Positions 23,723 to 35,058 of a DNA stretch of 35,058 nucleotides are shown here, in pieces (the first letter of the stretch is position 1; each line of letters starts with the position of its first letter). The stretch is taken from the NCBI RefSeq assembly GCF_001194135.2, contig NC_068983.1:67435500-67470557 (forward strand). The letters are read 5' to 3'. A program made the position numbers and the translations under genes. Origin of the DNA: Octopus bimaculoides. Its lineage: Eukaryota. The notes below the pieces were generated by a model that saw only the letters and a list, made by a program, of their open reading frames with translations, made no database searches and was not told where the DNA came from.

Positions 23723-24299
23723 AAAACTCTACCACTTTCTAAACTGAAAAATTGAATTGCGCATTGAAGAATGCCTTTGTTCACTGTGCATCGTAAATGT
23801 ATCCTTCTCGGTTCGATCATTTTGACTGACGATGATGTCTCTTTGTTTTCCTTGTCAATGACGTTTCTCATCACTGATAAAGTAAATCATGGAGCCACAT
23901 CACCATTTAGTAGTTTTATAAGTTAAATTGTTAATGCCGATTCTTACCTTAGTTTTTGTTGTTTGTTACAAACACTTCCCCCCACTTTTTTTTATCTATT
24001 CTTCAGGGCTATATATATATCGTTTCCAATATTGGAAAAACTCTCGAAATTGTTTCGCCACCAACGTGATCTATTCACTTCAATTGGGTAGAAGTTATGT
24101 AGCATACTTACAGAACTTTTTTTAATGTAGTCTTTGTAGGTTTTATTTAATTTGCTTTGCGGGAAGGACTGTTCCAACGAAGTCGCGTACTGTCCTTGAC
24201 TTCGAAACGCGGAGTAGATGGAACAGGGACAACTGACGAAGGAGTATACTCTTTATGTTGCACGTTTCGTTTCTCTGTTTTTTTCGTTGTTCAAAAAAT

Positions 24300-24901
24300 N
24301 NNNNNNNNNNNNNNNNNNNNNNNNNNNNNNNNNNNNNNNNNNNNNNNNNNNNNNNNNNNNNNNNNNNNNNNNNNNNNNNNNNNNNNNNNNNNNNNNNNNN
24401 NNNNNNNNNNNNNNNNNNNNNNNNNNNNNNNNNNNNNNNNNNNNNNNNNNNNNNNNNNNNNNNNNNNNNNNNNNNNNNNNNNNNNNNNNNNNNNNNNNNN
24501 NNNNNNNNNNNNNNNNNNNNNNNNNNNNNNNNNNNNNNNNNNNNNNNNNNNNNNNNNNNNNNNNNNNNNNNNNNNNNNNNNNNNNNNNNNNNNNNNNNNN
24601 NNNNNNNNNNNNNNNNNNNNNNNNNNNNNNNNNNNNNNNNNNNNNNNNNNNNNNNNNNNNNNNNNNNNNNNNNNNNNNNNNNNNNNNNNNNNNNNNNNNN
24701 NNNNNNNNNNNNNNNNNNNNNNNNNNNNNNNNNNNNNNNNNNNNNNNNNNNNNNNNNNNNNNNNNNNNNNNNNNNNNNNNNNNNNNNNNNNNNNNNNNNN
24801 NNNNNNNNNNNNNNNNNNNNNNNNNNNNNNNNNNNNNNNNNNNNNNNNNNNNNNNNNNNNNNNNNNNNNNNNNNNNNNNNNNNNNNNNNNNNNNNNNNNN
24901 N
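24300..24901. other. Assembly gap followed by (GT)n to 24946
   Basis: Run of N. Confidence 0.99.
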
Positions 24902-24948
<47 letters not shown>

Positions 24949-26139
24949 GACAGTGAAGTTACAATTTTGTATGAAGCCAGGACGTCCTCGCAGTCGAGCC
25001 AACTTTTTCGACAGTCTTTTAAGTAATTTCATTCATACAAACCCTCCACCTTAACGTATTGTAGTTGCCACACTCCGGATAACATTAAATGTTAGCCTGC
25101 TGAAATTGCTTTGAGCCTGTACATTTTAGAAAACCATTGCCGAATTGGAACCATAATTGCTGTCCCTAGGACAAAACAAAAATATTTCATTGTTATACTA
25201 AAAAATGACTGTGTGAAATAAGTTTCACTATCGGTCATTTTCGACAACATCCAGATAAAATCCTCAAAGTATACTGCCTCCACCCTCTGTGTTTGTGGTT
25301 GGGCTGAAAGTCTTAGAAATTCCTGCAGGTTCGTGGGTCGCCGGTTATATTTGTAGTATTTGTTTTATATTTCCCCTTAAGATAATCGTGTTGTCATAAT
25401 AATTGTAAGTGAAATACCAATGTCACAACAACAATATGATTAATGTTGATGACTAATATTTTATATAGAAGAAAATGCTGATGAGAACTCGAGCCAATGA
25501 GTGAACCAACTTCTGTATGTGGAAGCTCAAATTGTTAGAAATAGCACCTAAACCTTCCTCAAATCAGACCTCACCAGCTTGAAAAAATGAATAAATAAAT
25601 AAAATAATAAAAAGCAAGGAGAGAGAAAAGGAGAAAAAAATTGAAATTTTGCTAATATAGTTTCAGATATACGAAAAGTCACATGGGTTCTGGGAGCCAC
25701 CCCTTTGATCGTGTCTGTTTGATCATGGTTGACGTAGAGCTAAACTGCAACAACAGTTATAAAGTGATGAATAGCTCACGGTTTGTTGTGTTCATGTGTA
25801 TATGCATGTGTACATTTGGTGCTGATACAGTAATGACTGCTGTTATTGCTGTGAGCTGCATAACATCGCATTGCTGAAATAAATATGAAGCAAGCGTGAA
25901 AATATGTAAACAAAGGCTGAGATGAAGAAGAGAAAGTGAGTAAGAGAGAGAGTGAGGGGTGAGTTACTGTTGCCTAGCCTCAGGTCAACCCTAATTGAAG
26001 AGACATGTGATCATCCAACCATGAAATTCGGCTATTATGATAGCAGGTTAAGCGACTATGGAAAGGCTTCCTTTTGCAGTTGGTAGCGACTGTTTCCAGC
26101 AATAACTATCTCATCTTTACTCTATTTGCAAAGAATCCA

Positions 26140-26250
26140 GGGCCATATTTTTCAACTGTGTCAGGGATTTCAACAGTGAAATGTATTTAATAGAGATTTG
26201 TCAGCTGTTTCTAGCAGGTTGGTCGAGCACGTTGAGGTTCCTTCGTTGGC
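26140..26250. repeat. Old dispersed repeat family (GATTTG.CTGCTATTTCTAGCAGGTCGAGC-like)
   Basis: Related degenerate copies on either strand near 10900, 25530, 26610, 27105, 27990, 31680, 32415 and 33735. Confidence 0.6.
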
Positions 26251-26719
26251 TTGTCGTGGTGGGATGGTATTCACCACTATACTAATTATAAACAGTAGTG
26301 ATTACTAGTAGTAATGATTACTAAAACAATCAGTGATGATTGATAATGTGGCTGCCACATTGGTAGTTATTGTGGTGATTGTAATGACAGCTCGGTGAGG
26401 TCTTATAGTGATTGATGAGTGACATGTTGAAAGTTGATTGATGATAGTCAGAAGAGTTGTGCTGGGCATAAAACTGATTGTAATGACAGTAGTGATAATA
26501 GTTTTACAGGATGTTGTTGTTTATACCCAAACCTATGACCAAAGGCTCAACAACGTGACAATCATAATTTGTGGTATCGCTCTTTATTAAAGGCTATGGT
26601 TTGACGGAAAATTAGCTGCTATTTCTTTTTGGTCGAACACCACGTAGAGGAAGTTCGTTGGCGGGCTTAGTGTTGTTCTTATTTTTTGCTTTTGCTCCAT
26701 TTCAGTTCTAACTGAGCAG

Positions 26720-26922
26720 ACCAATAAGGATTTCAGATTTTGGTACGGAGGAGGGTGGAGTCAATTACATCAACCCGAGTACTTGACTGGTACTAGCTTT
26801 ATCAACTTCGAAATATTGAAAGGCAAAGTCGACCTCAGCAGTATTTGAATTCAGAACAAGAAAACGAACGAAATGTGGCTAAGCATTTTGTCCGGCGTGC
26901 TAACGATTCTGCCAGCCTACCG
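26720..26922 (-). mobile_element. tRNA-derived SINE, family A, degenerate
   Basis: Reverse complement gives GCGGTAGGCTGGCAGAATCGTTAGCACGCCGGACAAAATGCTTAG...GAATTCAAATAC. Confidence 0.8.
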
Positions 26923-27298
26923 CAATGAGCAAAACGATAATTAAGTGTTTCCTCCGTAACCATCTCACCATTCCTTTTACAGGCAACATTAGATTTTGTA
27001 TATCTAGGATTTTATGTATATATATATATATATATATATATNNNNNNNNNNATATTATATGATATATGTGTGCCCCCACCACACGCAATAATGTACCCTT
27101 CCTTTTTAAGACGTAGGGTATAGTGTGAGGGGATCTTACTTTGAGTTCAAGCAGGTCGAACTTCTCTCGTTGGCGCGTTGTTGCTGATGATGTTGTAACT
27201 AATGCTTCGCCCAAGGTCAGTTTTCAGTGACCAGGTCTATGGTCTAAAACTTTCTATTTTGCTATTTTATTTCGTTCATTTCTTAAGTTGGATAGTAC

Positions 27299-27983
27299 TC
27301 TTTTTACTCTTTTACTTGTTTCAGTCATTTTTGACTGCGGCCATGCTGGAGCACCGCCTTTCGTCGAGAAAATCGACCCCATGACTTATTCTTTGTAAGC
27401 CTAATACTTATTCTATCGGTCTCTTTTTGCCGAACCGTTAAGTTACGGGGACGTAAACACACCAGCATCGGTTGTCAAGCGATGGTGGGGGGNNNNNNNN
27501 NNNNNNNNNNNNNNNNNNNNNNNNNNNNNNNNNNNNNNNNNNNNNNNNNNNNNNNNNNNNNNNNNNNNNNNNNNNNNNNNNNNNNNNNNNNNNNNNNNNN
27601 NNNNNNNNNNNNNNNNNNNNNNNNNNNNNNNNNNNNNNNNNNNNNNNNNNNNNNNNNNNNNNNNNNNNNNNNNNNNNNNNNNNNNNNTATATATATATAT
27701 AGTTCAAAAAAACAATAACAAAAAAACAAAAAAACAACAAAGTGAGGACGTGATATGGATAGTATTATTGGACGCTCAGGAAAGGAAAGAGAGAGTATAT
27801 ATATATATACATATATACGACAGGCTACTTTCAGTTTCCGTCTACCAAATCCACTCACAAGGCTTTGGTTGGCCCGAGGCTATAGTAAAAGACACTTGCC
27901 CAAGGTGCCACGCAGTGGGACTGAACCCGGAACCATGTGGTTGGTAAGCAAGCTACTTACCACACAGCCACTCCTGCGCCTAT
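27299..27983 (-). mobile_element. tRNA-derived SINE, family B (CORE-like), young, interrupted by a gap (27493-27687) and an extra segment
   Basis: Head and CORE-like half at 27817-27983, tail half at 27299-27492, in the same order as the 13168-13523 copy. Confidence 0.85.
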
Positions 27984-28744
27984 AGTGTGAGATTTAAATG
28001 AAGTTCGCTGCTATTTTTTTATGGTTGAGCGATTACATTCACGCTTCACAGTGGGCTCATTATATCAGGTCAGGTTTGATTGATAATAACAATTTAAGGC
28101 ACTCCAACCGTGACCATTGCATCTTATCACAAACTACATTATGCAGTTCGGTCTTTCTGTTGTTGATGATGGCTTAAGTATTGTTTGTGCTGTTTAGCTC
28201 CAGGGTAGCCTTAATTAAAGACTTTCCAGTCGTGATCCTCCTGTTCATTTATCTAAAAACTATATTATGTAATGCATCTTTCCCAATTTCGTCGACAGTG
28301 TTTCCTGATAGTGTTACTGATGAATGCAGTGTGACAGTAGCAGAAGTGGCGTTAACTGAGATAATGCTAGGCTGGCGACGAAGCGGTGGTGGTGGCGGCG
28401 GCGGTGGCGGCGGCTTTTATATGCTGATTAGAGTGGTGCTGATAGTGCTGACGTGGTGGTGTTGGTGGTGATGTAGGTGGTGGTCTGGGTATGCTATTAG
28501 TAGTAGGCGGGTGGATATATCATTGGAATGTCAGGGATTAAGTGCAGATCAAAATATCAGGATCAGTATCTATTATTCTTTTTCCCTTCTAATTTAGAAT
28601 ATTCCAAGATGGAATGTGTGGAGCGGGGTGGTGAAGGTGGTGGTGGTAGTAGTGGTGATAGTTTTGAAGAGTGTGATGTTGGTTTAGATTTCTGGAAAAG
28701 GTAAATGCGCACAAATGCAGACATTTAGACACAGAAAAACTGAT

Positions 28745-28794
28745 GGGTAGGTAGGTAGGTAGGTAGGTAGGTAGATGGATGGATAGATAGATAA

Positions 28795-28850
<56 letters not shown>
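28745..28850. repeat. (GGTA)n/(GATA)n compound microsatellite
   Basis: Visible repeat. Confidence 0.96.
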
Positions 28851-29380
28851 GCATGTGGGAAGACAAACTAGCTGATGGAAGGTAAGTGGACGGACGAACG
28901 GATGAATAAATGAAGAGGCATGCTTTTTCTTCACAATGAAAATATCAACTCCTTCTATCAGTTGTAGGTAGGGATGGAAGCAGAAGAAAGCAGACAAACC
29001 GATAGACAATGATACACAGGTAGTCAGAAATACAGAGGGTGAGAGAGAGAAGCGAGAAAAGAATGATTTGTCGTGTGGTGCGGGGTAATTTTAGCCGCTA
29101 TCATACAACTCTTGTCTCCTACTCACTCGTTTTTTTTTTCTTTCTTTTTTTTTCTCTCTACCCCTCTCCCTAAATCTCAAGTATTCCTAAGGGATTAAGG
29201 GAAATGAAAGCAGGAGCCAACAGAGCATTTGCAGGTGTTCTAATGCTACCTCAGTCCACCCTCCGTTAGCATTCCACCCACCAACATAATTACCATCTAC
29301 CCTCCCTCCGTCTATTTTAATATCACCGTCTAGTTCTCTTCCTATCTTTCGCTATCACTCCTTCGTTACCAATACGTTCT

Positions 29381-29383
<3 letters not shown>

Positions 29384-29448
<65 letters not shown>
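29384..29448. repeat. (CT)n microsatellite
   Basis: Visible repeat. Confidence 0.97.
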
Positions 29449-29451
<3 letters not shown>

Positions 29452-29629
29452 CTTCACTCCTCCCACCTCTTTATTCGGCCTCTCCTCTTTCCTCATATCT
29501 CCAACACTCCCTTCCTCCTTCTGTCCTAGTCTATCTCATCAATAGACAAGTCTGGTTGTTACGGTAAAAAAAAAAGGTGATTTGTTGTGACATAATGTTG
29601 AGTAGTGGGAGGTTATTACTGACATTCTA

Positions 29630-30000
<371 letters not shown>

Positions 30001-30634
30001 TTGTGACAGTCCAGTGATCTGAAGTTCACTGCAAGATAGTGATGACTCATCCACTCAGACAGCGTGTGCAGTAAGATATACATACATATACATACATTCG
30101 CACAAACAGACGTGCACACACACACACACGCGCACACAGACATGCATACACACACTTGCTCGCACAAACATTTGTGTTTGATGCTAAAAACAATAATATA
30201 ACATAGCATCAAACGTTGTTGTGAAGATAGTTTGAATTCTAGTGGATATTACACCGCAGCAGCACTGATCATAGTGTATTGAAATATGTATACACCCCCC
30301 CCCCCCCCCCCACACACACATAGACATTGACAAACACACGCATGCGTTCGCGCACGACCACGTTCCGCAAGAAACATACATGATTACAAATATACATAGA
30401 CGCACATATAGACCTGTATACATACTATGGGAAACGTATCTAAATTTATGCTTGTAATCTTCTTAAGCAAATTGCTTCCACCAACAGACTCGCGCGTGCA
30501 CATAAGCAATTGCATTAAATTTACCCTTTTCAGAGAATCTCGCGAAGACTGGTTCAATGTGCACCTGCGTCACTATCAATAACACTCTTCAGATGAAATT
30601 TTAAAACAGTTTTTCTCTCTCCACCACTCAGCAC

Positions 30635-30781
30635 AATGCCATAACAACACAACACAACACTACACAACATATTCTCTCGTTTTCTCACAAGGACACATAG
30701 TTACACATACAAACACACACACTCATACACAGTCACACACTCATAGACATTATCCCACACTCAGACGTAGGTATTACATAC

Positions 30782-30826
<45 letters not shown>

Positions 30827-32150
30827 ATATAAGCTATCCAACAAGCACAAACAACAGAAAATTACAAATAATACTTCAACACACAATACACCACAATATG
30901 TTGTTGTTGTCATTCCGTCGCTTACGACGTCGAGGGTTCCAGTTGATCCGATCAACGGAACAGCCTGCTCGTGAAATTAACGTGCAAGTGGCTGAGCACT
31001 CCACAGACACGTGTACCCTTAACGTAGTTCTCGAGGATATTCAGCGTGACACAGTGTGTAACAAGGCTGACCCTTTGAATTACAGGTACAACAGAAACAG
31101 GAAGAAAGGGTGAGAGAAAGTTGTGGTGGAAGAGTACAGCAAGGTTCGCCACCATCCCTTGCCGGAGCCTCGTGGAGCTTTAGGTGTTTTCGCTCAATAA
31201 ACACTCACAACGCCCGGTCTGGGAATCGAAACCGCGATCCTATGACCGCGAGCCCGCTGCCCTAACCACTGGGCCATTGCGCCTCCACTACACCACAATA
31301 TATACAGTCAGAATAACACTGGTGACATCACAACCACACTTCATCAGCGGCAGTTGTAGTACAACATAGCTTATACAACACGTTGTTTCAATGCCATTTC
31401 AACGATACACATGTCATAACAATAACACGTTATGTGGCAATATTAATCAACGAGTTACATGATAGCACATGACAGGACACACAACAAATCGTGACAACAA
31501 AATAACTCAATACATTATGACAACACAGCAACAAATCGTGGTAACACAATCAGAGTTGAGAGCGCAGCAAAATAACACGATCAGCATATGACAATGTAGC
31601 AACACACCACAAACATAACGTGGCAACATAATGTAGCGGCAAAACTTGATAACACAACATCACCGGTAGTCACTCGAATGGCAACCAAATCTCCCTCAAA
31701 TCCGCTTTACTGTCTTGACAGACTGGATTATGTAGTTCAGGTAACAGTATAGGAAATGTGTCGGTCATGGCTGGAATGTCTTTCGTTATATATCTACATC
31801 TACTTAGTTGATAAAACAAAACAACTGTCAACACAGCAACATAACACGGTAAAACAACACACTTCAACACAACACATAACGTAGCAGCACAACACACTAA
31901 TACAACATATAACATCACAACACAACACACAGCAACACAACACAACACGCAGCAACACAAGTAACTACGTTGCAGAACAATACATACAGCAAGAGAACAC
32001 GTCAACACCACAGTACATGACAACCTGGGAACACAATGCATAACCGGACAATACAATCCATGACTACACAGTACATTGAAAATATTAAAAACAGTGACGC
32101 GACACACTTCAACACAGCAACACAAGAAACTTATGATTCAGTAATACAAC
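30635..32150. repeat. Degenerate (CAACA)-rich low-complexity tract interrupted by a SINE
   Basis: Recurrent ACAACAC units on both sides of 30900-31288. Confidence 0.7.
30900..31288 (-). mobile_element. tRNA-derived SINE, family C, full length with a 13-bp target-site duplication
   Basis: TSD TACACCACAATAT at 30887-30899 and 31289-31301. A and B boxes present, (CAA)n tail. Inverted homologue of 23288-23659. Confidence 0.95.
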
Positions 32151-32759
32151 CAAGACAACTCAGCTATAGCAACCTGTGTTTATTTTGTTTACATAAAATT
32201 GAGCTAAGGGAAACAACTCAATCACTTTAATTAAACATGGCGATTACTGTTATCAATGAACTTCATTTTTCAATCTTGTATTTACTACGACAGTCAGTCT
32301 TTACTGCAACTGTTATATAATTACCATGACAATGAAAGGCAGAATCCAGCAGTATTTATTATTAGGGAACCAACGAATTAGGGAACCAACGATAGAAACT
32401 TCTATGGTGCGACTCAAATGCTAGAAATATCAGCCAAATTTTCTTCGAAGCACACATTACCATCTCAAAGGCGGAAGAACAAATTGAATAATGCAGTCGT
32501 ACATATACTCTCTGGAAAATAAGATGAGTGAAATGTTTGCTCGAGCAGAGCTGACATGAGTAGGACGTGGGGAAGGTAAACGACGACAATAAAAATATAA
32601 GCAACTATGTTTACCACATCAAAAACTAGTGTTTGCTATTATTTTAAGCACAAGTGTTTACTACGTCGAAACCAGATTAGTGTTTCTTACAGTAAATAAT
32701 ATTTATTCACACAGCAACCAGTGTTAATACAGAAAGGTAACATTTGCATGTGTGAGTAC

Positions 32760-32809
<50 letters not shown>

Positions 32810-32825
32810 TAGACAGACAGACAGA
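32760..32825. repeat. (GT)/(GA)/(CAGA)n compound microsatellite
   Basis: Visible repeat. Confidence 0.93.
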
Positions 32826-33374
32826 CGGTGCTCACTGTGATTACGTCCCAATACTGACTCAGTAAAGAACCAGTGTTGGCTCTGGTAATGGTCGTTGTTC
32901 CTTACCTGGATCGGGCAACTAAAAACCAAAGCACCGTAGAAGAGTAAATTTCGTCCTAACCATGTTCTTTCTTTAAATCTCGTCCAAAACAGAGTTTTCC
33001 TTCCACGGGATGATAAAAATCGATAAAACCTACATTACTGATCGTAGTTCATTAAATTAAACAGGTTCTCCTTGACAAATCACAATAAGGAATCTTTTAT
33101 TAATAATAATGTAATCGACCAGAGTGAAAAAGAAAACCTACAACTATCAAAAATAGGTCAATAACGGGAGGGCTGGAGATCGACAATAACTGATTGGAAG
33201 TGCCCATGACCATTCACAGACCCCCTGTTACCAGTGGGCGGAAGGAAAGTATCCTCAAAAGAGAAACTTGGCCCAAATGCTTGCAAGAGACTCAACTCCG
33301 CTAAAGGCATCCAACGTAGCAGGTGGTGGTGTTAAATTTGGCAACGGATTAAGTCTATCACCCAAATAGGCTAC

Positions 33375-33592
33375 GATGAGATTTGAACTCAGAATGCAAA
33401 GAGCCGGAACAAACACCTCAAGACACCCAGTCCGACCTTCTTACAGTCGCTTTGGATTAGTATGTTTTGAATGATTTCAAAAAATTAAAAACAAAGTTGG
33501 CTTTGACAGAGTTTGAACTCAAAGTGTCAAAACAAATACTGCAAAACATCCTATCCAACGCTCTAACAACTCGGCCAAGTCACCGCCTTAAT
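33375..33592 (-). mobile_element. Two degenerate head fragments of SINE family A
   Basis: TTTGAACTCA (reverse B box) occurs twice, and ...GCCAAGTCACCGCCTTA is the reverse of the family head. Confidence 0.6.
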
Positions 33593-33941
33593 TAAATTCG
33601 TTTACGGTCAGAGTTCAAATCCCATCAAGGTTATTAAAATAAGTATCACAAACTGCGGATGGTTGAGTCAACTGAATGAACTGATAAATTTACATTTTTT
33701 TTGTATAAATAACGAAGGAGCATCTATAGGATAACTTGACCTGCTAGCACTAACCAACAAATTTCCCTAAATCACATCCAACCGTCTTCAAGATGGAAGA
33801 CCACAGCAAATAATGCAATACTAGATATAAAAAAGTTGGAGAGGGGCGACGGAATGTGTTTTGAAGGTAACTTTGATCATAAAATCTATTCAGTCAAAGA
33901 TTAAACACGTTCAATACGAGGAATCATTTATCACACTTCTT

Positions 33942-34100
33942 AAAGGCGTAGAGCTGACAGAATCGTTGGAATCGGAAAAAATTACCTTGCGACAATCGTT
34001 CTGCTTATTAGATACTAAATTCAAATCCTGCCGGTGGACGATCTGATCGACTAATTCTCTTCCCTATAAAACTACTGTGCTAATTGCCTAAATCAAAAAC
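33942..34100 (+). mobile_element. Degenerate, internally deleted copy of SINE family A
   Basis: AAGGCGTAGAGCTGACAGAATCGTT head and AAATTCAAATCCTGCCG. Confidence 0.55.
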
Positions 34101-34403
34101 TATTGTTATGTTATATAATTTGAAAGATCGTGTTCAAACCAAAACCAAATGTCTACATCAAATACTAATACTTTTGCAACCACCACCACCACTACACCAT
34201 GCTTATTAATATGTTGTAATCCTACCCCTTCCTATATACCTCCAGCGTATACTCTGATTAATTTCTCAGTTTCGAATGCGAATATGTCAGAGGCCGAGAG
34301 AGGAAGGATGTTCTGCTTAATTGGGCGAGCACTTGGTCTCCCACATTCACGGCTTTACACTTACAATACTCCTTCACTCTTTCCCATTCTCTCTCTGTGT
34401 CTG

Positions 34404-34404
<1 letters not shown>

Positions 34405-34492
<88 letters not shown>

Positions 34493-34585
34493 TGCGCGCG
34501 ATTACATAACCGCACTTTCCAATTTCACTCTCACGCACGCAAGCACGCACGAACACACACGCGCACACACACACACACACACACG
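34405..34585. repeat. (CT)n and (CA)n microsatellites
   Basis: Visible repeat. Confidence 0.96.
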
Positions 34586-35058
34586 GTGAAAGATGTGAAA
34601 GCTAGGGTCAAATGCCAAATGTTCACACAAGGTTTGTTTACATAGGAATGCAATGTAGGTTGCTCTGTGTTGGCGCATACACACAGATACAGACGAAGAC
34701 GCACATATACACAAACATTGATTTTATACATACATATATATATATAAAGTTTACATGCGAACACACACACGCACACACACACACACGCACACACTCACAT
34801 TCATCATTCATAGATGCAAGTATTATTTACACGCAGAAGTGTTTACATCTAGCGTAAATCCATGCACAAGATAGAAAAGATGTAAGCTCGCACGCAGATA
34901 TAGATTAGAAGGAAGGAGGCAGACAGACGTAACCAAAGAGTTCTACCTAAGTCTGAGTGAAGCAGACAGCACATGTCTGTTGATGCCAGAGCGTATAAAC
35001 AAAATACTTCTCATTTCAATATATATATATATATTTATATATATATATATGTATATAT

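Noticed and set aside
24157-25054. Longest ORFs in the track (233-278 aa)
   Set aside because: Mostly N-gap translated as X.
24948-25330. Possible small exon (+, DSEVTILYEARTSS...) and hydrophobic minus-strand ORF
   Set aside because: No recognisable domain, and the signals are within chance expectation.
25474-25510. CTGATGA followed by a short hairpin and GAAC
   Set aside because: GAAA and a properly placed NUH/stem III are missing. Similar partial cores near 10387 and 11207 also fail.

Overview
AT-rich eukaryotic DNA from a draft assembly with six N-gaps, packed with microsatellites and short interspersed repeats. The tRNA-derived SINE families match my recollection of octopus repeats, so the source is probably Octopus or another coleoid cephalopod (not database-checked). 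I cannot support any host protein-coding gene. Almost all listed ORFs are microsatellite or gap artefacts, and the window reads as intergenic DNA or a long intron. Recognisable coding relics are all transposon-derived: a Penelope-like GIY-YIG endonuclease with a Cys-rich linker (16706-17080, +), a decayed CR1/L2-type reverse transcriptase (about 21620-22620, -), a Tc1/mariner-type N-terminal HTH fragment, a mariner C-terminal fragment and a possible LINE endonuclease fragment. The best lead is a type I hammerhead ribozyme candidate with an intact catalytic core (16059-16135, -), about 570 bp upstream of and antisense to the Penelope-like relic. Other leads are several near-perfect hairpins, a candidate recursive splice site, an inverted pair of young SINEs and an inverted-repeat-bounded cassette.
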